A stretch of 64,000 nucleotides of DNA from Sedimentisphaerales bacterium (GCA_963708075.1 OY970194.1:5760001-5824000); one strand, 5' to 3'. Counted from the stretch's first letter, positions 20,885-32,054 are shown. The notes: generated from the letters alone by a model not told the origin. Made by a program: numbers and translations.

Positions 20885-21346
20885 ATGACGCTTGAGGCGC
20901 CGCTGAGCCGATCCAAGCGAGTCAACTTCATCCTCTATATCGTCGCGTGCCTGGCGATGGCGCTGTGGTTTGCGTACGACGGCTATATCAGCAAGAGCTT
21001 CATCGCGAACCACACCGACGAGCAGGGCAAGGCCGACAGCACCCTCTTCATCAATCAAAAAGCCCCGCCGTTTCTGCTTGGCGGCGCAGTGCTGTTTGGG
21101 ATCTGCCTCTTCGCCGTCAGAGGCAAAAAGGTGGTCGCCGAGGAGAGCGAGCTTGTCGTGGCGGGCAAAGAGAGAATTCCATACGATGCCATCGACAGGA
21201 TCGACAAGACTCATTTTGAGAAGAAGGGCTTCTTCACGGTCGTGTACAAAGAAGCGGATGGCCGCGAGGTGCGCCGCAAGCTGAGCGACCGCAATTACGA
21301 CAATCTCAAGCCGATCCTCGACCACCTGATCGCCAAAATCACATAG
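20885..21346 (+). CDS. Hypothetical two-TM membrane protein
   Basis: GGGAG RBS, two hydrophobic segments, operonic spacing. Confidence 0.7.
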   Translation: MTLEAPLSRSKRVNFILYIVACLAMALWFAYDGYISKSFIANHTDEQGKADSTLFINQKAPPFLLGGAVLFGICLFAVRGKKVVAEESELVVAGKERIPYDAIDRIDKTHFEKKGFFTVVYKEADGREVRRKLSDRNYDNLKPILDHLIAKIT

Positions 21347-21373
21347 GATCGAGCCAAACAGATCGATCTTCAT

Positions 21374-22144
21374 ATGGGCAATGTGATTGGACTCAAAGCT
21401 CAGGGCACCAATCTCATCTACCTGCACCGCTGCGGTCGCGGCCATGCATTCGTCGTAGATCCCGGCAACGCCGCTGCCGTACTGCGGGCTCTCAAGGAGT
21501 ATCAGCTCACTCTGACGGCAGCCCTCTTGACCCATCATCATTGGGACCACGTCGGCGGAGTGGCGGACCTGCAATCGAGAACAGGTTGCAGGGTGATCGG
21601 GGCCGATCGCACACTGATTCCTGTGCCTGACCGCATCACGACTGATGGCGACATTCTGGCGATTGGAGAAGTCACAATCCAGGTCGCTGCAACACCAGGA
21701 CACACACGGGATTCGGTCTGTTACTATATTCCCGAACCGCATGGCGCCCAGGGGGTCGTGTACACGGGAGACACACTCTTCGTGGGCGGTTGCGGCCGGC
21801 TGCTCGAATGTGATGCTGCCACGATGTGGCACTCCCTGCAGAAGCTGGCCGCCTTGCCCGATGATACTCTCGTCTATTGCGGGCACGACTATACGCTGGA
21901 GAATTACGAGTTTGCCGTCTCCATCGACTCGAGCAACCGGCGAATCCGCGAGCGTCTCACGGAGGTGCAGAAGACCATCGAATACGAGCAGCCGACGGTC
22001 CCATCCACGATTGCCCAGGAGAAAGCGACCAACATCTTCCTCCAAGCCGACGATCCTCAAATCAAAGCGACATTGGGCATGACCGGCCTGCCCGCCGAGC
22101 AGGTCTTTGCCGACCTGCGACGCCGCAAAGACATGTTCGGCTGA
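21374..22144 (+). CDS. gloB: Hydroxyacylglutathione hydrolase (glyoxalase II)
   Basis: THHHWDHVGG, TPGHT, TGDTLFVGGCGR, HDYT, PSTIAQEKATN. Confidence 0.9.
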   Translation: MGNVIGLKAQGTNLIYLHRCGRGHAFVVDPGNAAAVLRALKEYQLTLTAALLTHHHWDHVGGVADLQSRTGCRVIGADRTLIPVPDRITTDGDILAIGEVTIQVAATPGHTRDSVCYYIPEPHGAQGVVYTGDTLFVGGCGRLLECDAATMWHSLQKLAALPDDTLVYCGHDYTLENYEFAVSIDSSNRRIRERLTEVQKTIEYEQPTVPSTIAQEKATNIFLQADDPQIKATLGMTGLPAEQVFADLRRRKDMFG

Positions 22145-22335
22145 TCATCCCTCTCCTGAAAGCCGATGGCCGACAGCTTGTCTTCTCACGGCTGCCGGGC
22201 ATTTCTTCTGAGCCATCGGCAAGCTGGCGCTTGCCGCTGCCACCCAACACGGCGCCCCAAGACCTGCAGAGACACTGCCGGCGGGTGTGGTCGGAATTCG
22301 GTGGCGGCGTGCAGCCACCGTGTGCGGACTGCGCC

Positions 22336-22548
22336 TCTTTCGTCCCTTACGGGACTGGCTTTTGTCCTCGGCCCCGGTTCCCCAGCGATCAATCGCTGGG
22401 CTATTCTCTATCGCCCTGCGGGTTTGGACTTTGCTCCAGTCCTCTTGCGTCGGCCCGTCCGCCCCACGGGGGCGATCGACACTAGCCCACCGTTTCAACG
22501 GTGGGTACGATAGTCAATCCTATCTCAAAGCCCCGTAGGGACGAAAGA
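22336..22548. repeat. ~210-bp palindromic non-autonomous element (REPIN/MITE-like)
   Basis: Ends TCTTTCGTCCCTTACGGG / CCCGTAGGGACGAAAGA; internal hairpins CCCAGCGATCAATCGCTGGG and CCCACCGTTTCAACGGTGGG. Confidence 0.7.
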
Positions 22549-22710
22549 AGACTGGGTTGCGCTCTTGTGTCGGGTGGAATCCGAATCCGCCACCGAAGGC
22601 CCCCGTAGCCCTTGGGGGGCAAAATGATTTGACCGCGGCGGGCGGCACGGGTAGGCTATTGTGGTTTTGTCTGGGAATCCTGGTTGGTGGTTTTGCAGAA
22701 CGGCGACGGC

Positions 22711-23991
22711 ATGAATATCTGTGTGGTTGGATTGCAGTGGGGCGATGAAGGCAAGGGCAAGATCGTCGATATTCTCGCCGAGAACAGCGACGTGGTCGTG
22801 CGATACGGCGGGGGCGCCAACGCGGGCCACACGGTGGTGATCGACAAGGAGCGGTTTGCTCTGCACCTTCTACCCAGCGGCTCGATCCGGCCGAACGTAG
22901 CCTGCGTGATCGCCAACGCCGTGGTGGTGGATCCCGAGGTTCTGATCCGCGAAATCGACGGCCTGGCACAGCGGGGAATCTCGCTCGACGGCCGGCTCTT
23001 CATCAGCGAAAACGCGCATGTCGTCCTGGACTACCACAAGCGGGAAGATCAACTCCGCGAGGAATCGCTGGGCAAGCAGAAGATCGGCACGACGATTCGC
23101 GGCATCGGCCCGTGCTATGCGGACAAGGTCGGGCGAAGCTACGCCATACGTATGAGCGATTTTCGCAACTTGGAGCAACTGAGCGAGAAGCTGCGGACGA
23201 TCGTCGATTACAAGAATAAGCTTTTTACCGCGCTCTACGGGGCCCAGCCGATGAGTCTCGATGCCATCATGGCCAACTGTAGAACGTATGCCGAGCGGCT
23301 CGTGCCGTTTGTCACCGATACGACGGAGCTGCTGCATGAGGCGATTGGCGAGGGCAAGTCGGTGCTCTTTGAAGGGGCCCAGGGCTCGTTGCTGGACTTG
23401 GATCACGGAACGTTTCCGTATGTAACCAGCTCGAATTCGAGCTCGCTGGGTCTGCCCTCCGGCTGCGGCGTACCCGCGAGGATGGTGGACAAGTACATTG
23501 GCGTCGTCAAGGCCTACACGACGCGGGTGGGCGCAGGCCCGTTCCCGACGGAGCAGGATAACGAGACCGGCAACTACATTCGCGAGCGTGGCCACGAATA
23601 CGGCACGACGACCGGCCGGCCCCGGCGGTGCGGCTGGTTTGACGGCGTGGCCGCGGCGTACAGCATCAAGATCGGCTCAGTCGATTCGGTGGCATTGCTG
23701 CACCTCGACACGCTGACCGGCCTGAAAGAGTTGAGCATCTGCAAAGCGTATGAAATTGACGGCAGGCAAACGACGTTCTTCCCGGCCAATATCGACAGGC
23801 TGGCCAAGGCTCGGCCAGTCTATGAACGCCTGCCGGGCTGGCAGGAGGAACTCGGAGAAGCAAAGACCTTTGAGAATCTGCCGGCCGCTGCACGGGACTA
23901 TGTCCGGCGCATCGAGCAGATCGTTGGAAAGCCGGTCGAAATGATCGGCGTCGGTCCCAAGCGGACCCAGACCATCATGAAGGAGGGTTGA
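22711..23991 (+). CDS. purA: Adenylosuccinate synthetase
   Basis: QWGDEGKGK, GGANAGHT, EGAQG, TTTGRPRRCGWFD. Confidence 0.98.
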   Translation: MNICVVGLQWGDEGKGKIVDILAENSDVVVRYGGGANAGHTVVIDKERFALHLLPSGSIRPNVACVIANAVVVDPEVLIREIDGLAQRGISLDGRLFISENAHVVLDYHKREDQLREESLGKQKIGTTIRGIGPCYADKVGRSYAIRMSDFRNLEQLSEKLRTIVDYKNKLFTALYGAQPMSLDAIMANCRTYAERLVPFVTDTTELLHEAIGEGKSVLFEGAQGSLLDLDHGTFPYVTSSNSSSLGLPSGCGVPARMVDKYIGVVKAYTTRVGAGPFPTEQDNETGNYIRERGHEYGTTTGRPRRCGWFDGVAAAYSIKIGSVDSVALLHLDTLTGLKELSICKAYEIDGRQTTFFPANIDRLAKARPVYERLPGWQEELGEAKTFENLPAAARDYVRRIEQIVGKPVEMIGVGPKRTQTIMKEG

Positions 23992-24031
23992 TACTGTGCC
24001 GTCCCCATGAGGGGAGGCGCAGATCGTGCCT

Positions 24032-24835
24032 ATGAATGTCATGGACCAAAAACTCGGGGAGACGGCCAAGCGCCTGGATCTTCAGGTCGATCAAATGCCG
24101 CGCAACATCGCCATTATCATGGATGGCAACGGCCGATGGGCCAAGCGCAAGAGCCTGCCCCGCTACGAGGGCCACCGCGAAGGGGCAAAGACCGCCGAGA
24201 GGGTCGCCCAGTGCTGTGTCGATCTCGGGATGCAGTCGCTGACGTTGTACTCGTTCAGCATGGAGAACTGGAAGCGGCCGAAGGCGGAAGTGAACGCCCT
24301 GATGCACCTGTATGCCGAGTACCTGGTGGGGATTCGGCCGAATCTCATGCGAAACAATGTCCGGCTGGTCCATCTCGGCCGGATGGCCGGCCTGCCGGAA
24401 ATGGTCAGCAGCTCTCTTTGCGAGACGATGGATATGACCCGGGCCAACACCGGTATGGTGCTGGCTCTGGCGCTGAATTACAGCGGACGGGCGGAGATCG
24501 TCGATGCCGCCAGAGCCATCGCCAAAGCCCACAAGGAGGGCCGGCTGCCGCTCGAAAAGATCGACGAGACCTGCATCAGTCAGCACCTGTACACGGCCGA
24601 GATGGCTGATCCCGACCTGCTGATCCGAACGGCCAGCGAGCTTCGCGTCAGCAACTTCCTCCTGTGGCAGATCTCGTACAGCGAATTCTATGTGACCGAC
24701 ACCCTCTGGCCGGACTTCACGGAGCAGTCGCTGGAGAAGGCCATCCTCGCCTATGCTCACAGGGATCGGCGCTACGGCGCCATCGACCCCGCCGCACCGT
24801 CTCGCGGCCCGGTGGCCGATATCGTCAAGCCGTGA
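24032..24835 (+). CDS. uppS: Undecaprenyl diphosphate synthase (isoprenyl transferase)
   Basis: IIMDGNGRWA, FSMENWKRP, DPDLLIRT, SNFLLWQ. Confidence 0.96.
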   Translation: MNVMDQKLGETAKRLDLQVDQMPRNIAIIMDGNGRWAKRKSLPRYEGHREGAKTAERVAQCCVDLGMQSLTLYSFSMENWKRPKAEVNALMHLYAEYLVGIRPNLMRNNVRLVHLGRMAGLPEMVSSSLCETMDMTRANTGMVLALALNYSGRAEIVDAARAIAKAHKEGRLPLEKIDETCISQHLYTAEMADPDLLIRTASELRVSNFLLWQISYSEFYVTDTLWPDFTEQSLEKAILAYAHRDRRYGAIDPAAPSRGPVADIVKP

Positions 24836-24884
24836 CCGGCCAGGCTCTACGGAAAAGTTGGGCAAACATCGGAAGGAGCCATGC

Positions 24885-25745
24885 ATGCTCAAACACAGGC
24901 TTCTCTTCGGAACCCTGATGACGCTGTTCTTCACGGCACTCGTCATTTTCGATGGCTGGCTGGATGGCTCACTGACCGCTTCCACCGCCGATGACAGGCA
25001 GGTCCGGGCGACCCTGCTGACGATCCTTGTGGCCGTCGTTATCGGCCTTGGAGGCATGGAGTTTTCGGCCTTGGCCGCCGCCAGGGGCCTTACTGTCCTC
25101 AATCCCACGGCTCTTATCGGACTTGTGTTGCTGGCGACAGGCTGGTACTGGCCCCAGGTCTTCCATGTCTCTCAGGGCACATATCTCCTGTCGGTAGCAG
25201 CATTTACGCTCGCTGGCGTGTTTCTTCAGCAGCACGCCCGGTCCGGAACGGACGGCGTACTGGCCAATTGCGGAATCAGTTGTTTCATGTTGATGTACCT
25301 GGGCATGCTCGCGGCGTTTGTGCTGGGCATCCGAATTGATAAGGGCATTTGGCCTACCCTGATGTTCTTTTTTGCCGTAAAGTCTGCTGATATAGGAGCT
25401 TACACGTTCGGCAGACTGTTTGGAAGGCACAAACTCGCCCCTCGCGTCAGTCCCGGAAAGACGTGGGAAGGCATGGCGGGGGCAGTGGTCTTTGCCGCGA
25501 TCATAAGTCTCGCATTTGGCGTAGTTTTTGATATACTAAAGATATGGCCGGCGTTGGCCTTTGGTATAGGTACCGCAGTTATCGGACAGTTGAGCGATCT
25601 GACAGAGTCGATGTTGAAACGGGACGCCAGACAGAAGGATTCCTCGAACCGGGTGCCGGGGTTTGGAGGTATACTAGATGTCATCGATTCGCCGCTGTTT
25701 GCGGTGCCATTTGCGTACTTGTTTTTCACGCTCGTGATGCGGTAG
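24885..25745 (+). CDS. cdsA: Phosphatidate cytidylyltransferase
   Basis: DIGAY, SPGKTWEG, ESMLKR, KDS, PGFGGILD. Confidence 0.94.
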   Translation: MLKHRLLFGTLMTLFFTALVIFDGWLDGSLTASTADDRQVRATLLTILVAVVIGLGGMEFSALAAARGLTVLNPTALIGLVLLATGWYWPQVFHVSQGTYLLSVAAFTLAGVFLQQHARSGTDGVLANCGISCFMLMYLGMLAAFVLGIRIDKGIWPTLMFFFAVKSADIGAYTFGRLFGRHKLAPRVSPGKTWEGMAGAVVFAAIISLAFGVVFDILKIWPALAFGIGTAVIGQLSDLTESMLKRDARQKDSSNRVPGFGGILDVIDSPLFAVPFAYLFFTLVMR

Positions 25746-25789
25746 GGGGTCATCGAGCGATACAGGAAGCGTTTTAGCGAGAGAGTATT

Positions 25790-26752
25790 TTGGAAGTCAC
25801 TGTACAACTGGATCCGGATAAGCAGTTGGAGTTGTTTGGTCCGACCGACAGTCATCTGCGGCTGTTGCGTCGATGTCTTGGAGTGCAAATCACCGCCCGC
25901 GAATCGGACCTGCGTATCAGCGGGACCGAGAGCAATGTGAGCCGGGCGACCGAGGTCGTCGATCGCATGCAAAAGCACCTGCTCAAGCACCGGCATCTGA
26001 CGGAAGATGACGTGACCGATTTCATTGAGGAAGGGGCGGCCCCGAGCGAGGCCGAGGGCGGAGAGACGATCAGCGTCTATTCCAACAAAGTGGTCGAGCC
26101 GTCCACCGAAGGCCAGTTGAAGTACATCGAAACGATGCTCAACAACGATGTTACCTTCTGCACCGGGCCGGCGGGCACGGGCAAGACCTACCTGGCGGTG
26201 GCGGTAGCCGTGTCGATGCTCAAGAAGCGGCAGATCCGCCGGCTCGTGCTGGCGCGGCCGGCCGTCGAAGCCGGTGAAAGGCTGGGCTTTCTGCCCGGCG
26301 ATATCGCCGCCAAGGTCAATCCATATCTTCGCCCCCTCTTTGACGCGATCGAAGACATGATGGACTTCGCCCAGATGCGCAAGTTCATGGAGCTGGATAT
26401 CATTGAAATCATCCCGCTGGCGTTCATGCGGGGCCGCACTCTGAACGAGGCCGCCATCATCTGCGATGAGGCTCAGAACACTTCCGGCTTGCAGATGCTG
26501 ATGGTGCTGACCCGCCTCGGACACGGCTCGAAAATGATCATCACCGGCGATATCACGCAGGTGGACTTGGCCGAGAACCAGAGAAGCGGCATGGTCGAAG
26601 CCATGCAAATCCTTCAGAGGGTCAAAGGCATTGGCATGGTGGAGCTGAGCCAGCAGGATATTGTCCGGCATCGCCTGGTGCAGGACATCGTCGAGGCCTA
26701 CAAGACCAGACCGGATACCCACAAGCGCCGGCGGCGAGAGGAGACGTCATGA
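25790..26752 (+). CDS. phoH: PhoH-like ATPase
   Basis: GPAGTGKT, RPAVEAGERLGFLPG, FMRGRT, DEAQN, TGDITQVDL. Confidence 0.95.
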   Translation: MEVTVQLDPDKQLELFGPTDSHLRLLRRCLGVQITARESDLRISGTESNVSRATEVVDRMQKHLLKHRHLTEDDVTDFIEEGAAPSEAEGGETISVYSNKVVEPSTEGQLKYIETMLNNDVTFCTGPAGTGKTYLAVAVAVSMLKKRQIRRLVLARPAVEAGERLGFLPGDIAAKVNPYLRPLFDAIEDMMDFAQMRKFMELDIIEIIPLAFMRGRTLNEAAIICDEAQNTSGLQMLMVLTRLGHGSKMIITGDITQVDLAENQRSGMVEAMQILQRVKGIGMVELSQQDIVRHRLVQDIVEAYKTRPDTHKRRRREETS

Positions 26753-26828
26753 GTCTCCTTGGACGGATGCCGGCCGATGGGCCGCGTGCAGGATGCAACG
26801 CGCCGAGTTTCTTTGCAGGGTTGGTGGT

Positions 26829-28424
26829 ATGACGCTCTTTCGAAGGACGAACCCGCGGCGAGACCACGTGCGCCGGAACATTTCCGGCGATCGGCCTCAA
26901 TGGATGGCACGGCTGGCGGACACGGACTTGCTCATCGCCCTGCTGCTGTGGCTGCTGTTCGTGGCCGGCTGCATTGGATCGCTGTCCATCGGGTTGATCG
27001 AGCAGGGAGGGTATCGGGCCCTGGCAGCGCTCTCAGTAATGGTGGTGCTTCTGACCACGGGGGCCAGCTTCTATGGGTTCCGCTGGCAGCCTCGTGCACT
27101 TCGCAGCCACATACGGGGGCTCGCATTGGTCTGCCTGTACGTCCTGTTGCTGGCGGGCGCACGGCTGGGGTCGCTCTCCAGCCAGGAGGCTGTGTGGGGG
27201 CCGAGCTGGGGCACAGGCACGGCGGTCCTTGTCGCCATTGTCCTGGCGATTGCGTACGATCAGCGGTTTGCCATGGGGATGAGCGCGCTCTATTGCATTC
27301 TCGCCGTCCTGGCGGTCGGGCCCAGGCCCGATCAGGGCCTTCCGTTGCAGGGCGTCGGGCTGTTCCTGACGATGTTCGCCGGGGCGGCGGTTTCCTGCTT
27401 TTCCCTGCAGGAGATTCGTACCCGGATGAAACTCCTGGAGGTCAGCGCGTTGACCGCGACGGCCGTCTTTGTGACGGCCTTGTCGGCTGTATATCTGAAT
27501 TTCCGCGGTGAGCCTCCCACATGGATGATCGTGCTGGAGGGAGCCGGATATCATGCGGCGGCGGCGTTTTTGGCGGGGCTGTTGATCCAGAGTCTGCTGC
27601 CGCTGATCGAGCGGGTATTCCACATTGCCACGAGCATGACACTGCTGGATTACTCCGACGCCAACCAGCCGCTGCTGAAGAAAATGGCGATGGAAGCGCC
27701 CGGGACGTTCAGCCACAGCTTGCTCATCGGATCGATTGCCGAAGCAGCAGCGGATGCAATCGACTGCAACGGGCTGCTCTGCCGCGTCGGAGCGTACTAC
27801 CACGATATCGGCAAGATCAACAAGCCCAAGTATTTCACGGAAAATGAGATGGGCTCGGCCAGTCGGCACAAGGAGCTGTCGCCGGCGATGAGCCTGCTGA
27901 TCATCGTGGGCCACGTCAAGGACGGCGTGGAGATGGCCAAAGAACTCGGCCTGCCGAACGTCCTGCATCAGTTCATCGAGACACACCACGGCACTACCCT
28001 CGTCGAGCCGTTCTACCATGAGGCGAGGAAGAAATATGAGGAGCCGGGAGCGGTCGGCAAGAAGCCGATCGAGGCCCCTCCGACGGAGAGCGAATTTCGA
28101 TACGCCGGGCCCAAGCCGAAGTCGAAAGAGGCGGCGATCATCATGCTCGCCGACGGCGTAGAAGGGGCCATTCGCTCGCTCACCGAAGTGACGCCGGCCA
28201 AGGTCGAAACGGTCGTGCACAACATCGCCATGAGGCGGCTGCAGGATGGACAGTTCGACGAGTGCGACCTGACGCTCCGCGAGCTCAGCCAGATTGAAGC
28301 GAGCATGTCGAAATCGCTTGCCGCCCATTATCACGGGCGCGTCGCCTATCCCACCGCGCCTGATGTGCCATCGAGTACGGAGCGCCCGTCGAAGTCGGGC
28401 TTTCCCAGAATGGTCGGAGCATAG
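26829..28424 (+). CDS. Membrane HD-family phosphohydrolase (7TM-HD / PgpH-like)
   Basis: TM helices, EAPGTFSHS, YYHDIGK, THHGTT, FRYAGPKP; phoH-HD-ybeY-hemolysin context. Confidence 0.9.
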   Translation: MTLFRRTNPRRDHVRRNISGDRPQWMARLADTDLLIALLLWLLFVAGCIGSLSIGLIEQGGYRALAALSVMVVLLTTGASFYGFRWQPRALRSHIRGLALVCLYVLLLAGARLGSLSSQEAVWGPSWGTGTAVLVAIVLAIAYDQRFAMGMSALYCILAVLAVGPRPDQGLPLQGVGLFLTMFAGAAVSCFSLQEIRTRMKLLEVSALTATAVFVTALSAVYLNFRGEPPTWMIVLEGAGYHAAAAFLAGLLIQSLLPLIERVFHIATSMTLLDYSDANQPLLKKMAMEAPGTFSHSLLIGSIAEAAADAIDCNGLLCRVGAYYHDIGKINKPKYFTENEMGSASRHKELSPAMSLLIIVGHVKDGVEMAKELGLPNVLHQFIETHHGTTLVEPFYHEARKKYEEPGAVGKKPIEAPPTESEFRYAGPKPKSKEAAIIMLADGVEGAIRSLTEVTPAKVETVVHNIAMRRLQDGQFDECDLTLRELSQIEASMSKSLAAHYHGRVAYPTAPDVPSSTERPSKSGFPRMVGA

Positions 28425-28436
28425 GTCTTCACCGCG

Positions 28437-28907
28437 ATGATTACCGTCGAGGTCAAGCAACACTTTCCAGGGGCGCCGGCAGACCCGTCAAAGCTGAGGA
28501 GACTGGTGCGTGCGGTCTGCAAGCGGCTGAAGGTCTCGCGGGCTGCGGTCAGCATAGGCATTGTCGATGACGCGGAGATGCGGCGGCTCAATGCGAAGTT
28601 CCTCCATCGCAGGGGCAATACCGATTGCCTGAGCTTTGACTTGTCCGATGCGACAGGCCCCAGGGAGCAGCGGGTGTTTGATGTGATCGTCAATGGCGAG
28701 TTGGCGGTCCGCGAGGCGGCCCGGCGCGGGCATGCCGCCGAGGCGGAGCTGGCGCTGTACGTTGCGCACGGCCTGCTCCATCAACTGGGCTTCGACGACG
28801 CCACCGCCGAACAGGCCGCGCGGATGCATCGAACGGAGGATGAGATTTTGCAGGATTTAGGCTACGGATTAGTGTATAATACGGACGCACGGAAGTATGG
28901 TAAGTGA
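28437..28907 (+). CDS. ybeY: rRNA maturation endoribonuclease YbeY
   Basis: TDCLSF, HGLLHQLGFDD. Confidence 0.92.
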   Translation: MITVEVKQHFPGAPADPSKLRRLVRAVCKRLKVSRAAVSIGIVDDAEMRRLNAKFLHRRGNTDCLSFDLSDATGPREQRVFDVIVNGELAVREAARRGHAAEAELALYVAHGLLHQLGFDDATAEQAARMHRTEDEILQDLGYGLVYNTDARKYGK

Positions 28908-28959
28908 CGCTCTGTGCCGGGCGGCCCGTATTTGCAGCATAGTGAAAGGATAGTGGAAC

Positions 28960-30249
28960 GTGGGCTTCATCGGTGGGGCAATATTGTTGATATGCCTGTT
29001 CGCCGGAGCGACCCTGTTCTTCTCCGTCAATGCGATTACGTTGCGGACGTACTCGCTGGTGCGGCTGCAGGAAGCATTCGAGAAGGCTCATGGAGAGGAT
29101 TCCGGCGGGCGCGTCGAGCGCCTGGTGGAGAATGCCGATACACTGGCTCTTACATGTGCCTTTTATCGGCTGCTCTTCAATCTGGGCGGGCTGCTGCTGC
29201 TTTTGGCGCTGATCTCGCGGCTGCAGGAGCCGGCTCACACCATCGCGTACGTTCTCGCGTTCGCCCTTGCCCTGGCGATCTTTTCCATCTTCAGTCTGGC
29301 CATTCCGGACGCCCTGGCGAAATACGCCGGCGAGAGAGTGCTCAGCCGCACGTACGGCATCCTGATCGTCTGCTCCATCCTGGCGGTCCCCGTCGTCTAC
29401 ATACTGCGGCTTTACGATGGTTTCGTGCGCCGCCTGGTCGGCGTGCCGCAGGCCACGGAGCAGGAACAGCAGGAGGAGAAACAGGAGGAGTTCCTCGAAG
29501 ACCTCGAGCAGCACCGCATGGAAGGGACCGTGGATGCGGAGGAACAGGAGATGATCGAGAACGTGCTGGAGCTGCGCGAGAGAATGGCGGACGAGATCAT
29601 GACGCCGCGGACCGACCTGATTGCCGTGGACGTCAACGCTGATCTGCCGACGGTCCTGGAGACGATCAAGAAGGCCGGCCACTCTAGGCTGCCCGTTTAC
29701 GAAGGCACCATCGACAACGTGGTCGGGCTCATCTACGCCAAGGACCTGCTGGAGGAGATCGGCAAGAGTCCGGAAGAGTTCCGGCTCCGCGGCCGGATGC
29801 GGGAAGCCTATTTCGTTCCCGAGACGAAGTCCCTGCGTGCGCTGCTTCACGAGTTCCAGGAGCAGAAGCTGCACATCGCCGTGGTGCTCGACGAGTACGG
29901 CGGCACGGCGGGAATCGTCACCCTCGAGGACATCCTTGAAGAGCTGGTCGGGGAGATCGCCGACGAGTATGAGAAGACCTCGCCCGAATCGGTCCGGAAG
30001 ATCGATGAGAACACGATCGAGGTGGATGCCCGGATGTACGTGGAGGACCTCAACGACAAATACTCGCTGGACCTGCCGGACGATGAGGATTACGACACGG
30101 TGGGCGGGTTCGTCTTCTCTCGCCTCGGGTACGTTCCGAAGGCCGGGGAGGAGTTCGAGTATAAGGACCTCAAGTTTACCATCGCGTCCGCCGAGCCCCG
30201 GCGGGTCAAACGCGTCAGAATCCAGATACAGAAAGCAGTCGAACGATAG
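28960..30249 (+). CDS. Hemolysin/CorC family protein (DUF21-CBS-CorC)
   Basis: TM region, IMTPRTD, GHSRLPVY, VLDEYGGTAGIVTLEDILEELVGEIADE. Confidence 0.92.
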   Translation: MGFIGGAILLICLFAGATLFFSVNAITLRTYSLVRLQEAFEKAHGEDSGGRVERLVENADTLALTCAFYRLLFNLGGLLLLLALISRLQEPAHTIAYVLAFALALAIFSIFSLAIPDALAKYAGERVLSRTYGILIVCSILAVPVVYILRLYDGFVRRLVGVPQATEQEQQEEKQEEFLEDLEQHRMEGTVDAEEQEMIENVLELRERMADEIMTPRTDLIAVDVNADLPTVLETIKKAGHSRLPVYEGTIDNVVGLIYAKDLLEEIGKSPEEFRLRGRMREAYFVPETKSLRALLHEFQEQKLHIAVVLDEYGGTAGIVTLEDILEELVGEIADEYEKTSPESVRKIDENTIEVDARMYVEDLNDKYSLDLPDDEDYDTVGGFVFSRLGYVPKAGEEFEYKDLKFTIASAEPRRVKRVRIQIQKAVER

Positions 30250-30251
30250 CC

Positions 30252-30997
30252 ATGTTGACCAAGGATCGTGCGGTCTGTATCCGCACTGCCGATTATTCCG
30301 AAACCTCGCAGGTGGTGACCCTGTTTGCCCGCCGGTCGGGCAAAGTCCGGGCGATTGCCAAGGGTTCCAAGCGGGCGAAGTCCGCCTTTGACGGCCCTAT
30401 CGAGGTATTATCGCTCGGCGATATCATGTTCTCAGGCGTTCACAAGGACGCGCTCGCCACATTGACGGAATTCGAGCAGCAGCCGGTTCGCGGGGGCCTG
30501 CGGCGGAATCTGTTCGCCCTGCACAGCGCCCTGTTCGCGGCCGAATTGCTGGATGCTCTGACCGATGAGTTTGATCCGCACCCGGTGCTCTTCGATCATT
30601 TCGCGCAATTCCTGCAGGACGTGGACGACTCGGAGCTGGTGAGTGATCGCCGCGATATAATCATCCGACTGATCCTGTTCCAGGTCGTCTTGCTGGGGGA
30701 GGCCGGCGTGCATCCGGTCCTGAAGGCATGCACAACTGCAAGCGTCCTCTGACGGCCGAGTGGCGCGAAAGCTACTTCAGCAGCGTCGCCAACGGGCTGA
30801 TCTGCCGAGATTGTGAGATGAGCTTCTCGGATAAAATGCGGCTCAACGTGAAGGCTGCTCATGCCATGGCCGATTTGAAGCAGATGGCTCAGGCCGACGA
30901 GAAGCTGCTCGATGAAATCGAACGGTTGCTGATCCACCACTTTACCCACATCCTCGGCCGCCTCCCGAAGCTGGCCCGGCACATCCTTCCCGCCTGA
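30252..30997 (+). CDS. recO: DNA repair protein RecO, apparent 1-bp frameshift near 30735
   Basis: DYSETSQVVTLF, GKVRAIAKG; shifted frame restores C-x-x-C and GLICRDC zinc finger. Confidence 0.9.
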
Positions 30998-31004
30998 TCG
31001 ACTC

Positions 31005-32054
31005 TCAGGTGGATGGTTCGAACAGTCCGGGCGCGTCGGCGGTGTGTTTCTTCTTCTGGAGCTTGAGGCCGAGGTGCTCGCAGGCCTGCTTGGTGATCTC
31101 TCTTCCTCGCTTGGTCCGCCGGAGGAAACCGATCTGGAGCAGGTAGGGCTCGACGACGTCTTCGAGGGTATCGCGTTCTTCGCCGAGCGTGGCGGCGATC
31201 GCCTCGATGCCGGCGGGACCGCCCTCATAGACATTCGCCAGCGCCCGCAGGACGGACCTGTCCAACTCGTCCAGGCCCAACGGGTCGATCTGCTCCATCT
31301 CCAGCGCATTGTCGACGATTCCCGTGCTGAGGATGCCGGAGCCTTTCACCTGGGCGTAGTCGCGGACTCGCTTGAGCAGCCGGTTGGCGATACGCGGTGT
31401 CCCCCGGGAACGAGCGGCGATTCTCTCCAATGTCCCGTCCTCGCATCGCAGCTTGAGCAGTCGCGCGGAGCGATGCAGGATCTGCGTCAGCTCATCGGCG
31501 CCGTAGAAGTCGAAATGGTAGAGCATGCCGAACCGGCTGCGAAGCGGGGCGCTGAGCAGGCCGGCTCGCGTGGTCGCGCCGATCAGGGTGAATCGCTTGA
31601 GCGGGAAGTTGATCGTCTTGGCGTGCAGGCCGCTATCGACCGTGTAATCGACGCGGAAGTCCTCCATCGCCGGGTAGATGAACTCCTCGACCGGCGTGCT
31701 GAGCCGGTGAATTTCGTCGATAAACAGGACATCGCCGATGCCGACATTGGTGAGCAGGCCCATGACGTCGCCGGCCTTGACCAGGGCCGGGCCCGAGGAG
31801 CAACGGATGCGTGCCCCCATCTCGTTGGCCACGACGTGTGCGAGCGTTGTCTTGCCCAGGCCGGGCGGGCCGTAGAACAGGATGTGCTCCAGCGGCTCGC
31901 CTCGCTTCTTGGCCGCCTCGATGGCGATGATGAGCTTGTCCCGCATGTTCTGCTGGCCGATGCACTCGTCCAGGCACTTCGGGCGCAGCGAGACGTTGAA
32001 GTTCTCCTCGGCCTCACTCAACGATTGTCCACTTATGACTCTACCGATTGGCAT
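31005..32054 (-). CDS. ruvB: Holliday junction helicase RuvB
   Basis: GPPGLGKTT, FIDEIHRL, GATTRAG, RGTPRIANRLL. Confidence 0.98.
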   Translation of the reverse strand: MPIGRVISGQSLSEAEENFNVSLRPKCLDECIGQQNMRDKLIIAIEAAKKRGEPLEHILFYGPPGLGKTTLAHVVANEMGARIRCSSGPALVKAGDVMGLLTNVGIGDVLFIDEIHRLSTPVEEFIYPAMEDFRVDYTVDSGLHAKTINFPLKRFTLIGATTRAGLLSAPLRSRFGMLYHFDFYGADELTQILHRSARLLKLRCEDGTLERIAARSRGTPRIANRLLKRVRDYAQVKGSGILSTGIVDNALEMEQIDPLGLDELDRSVLRALANVYEGGPAGIEAIAATLGEERDTLEDVVEPYLLQIGFLRRTKRGREITKQACEHLGLKLQKKKHTADAPGLFEPST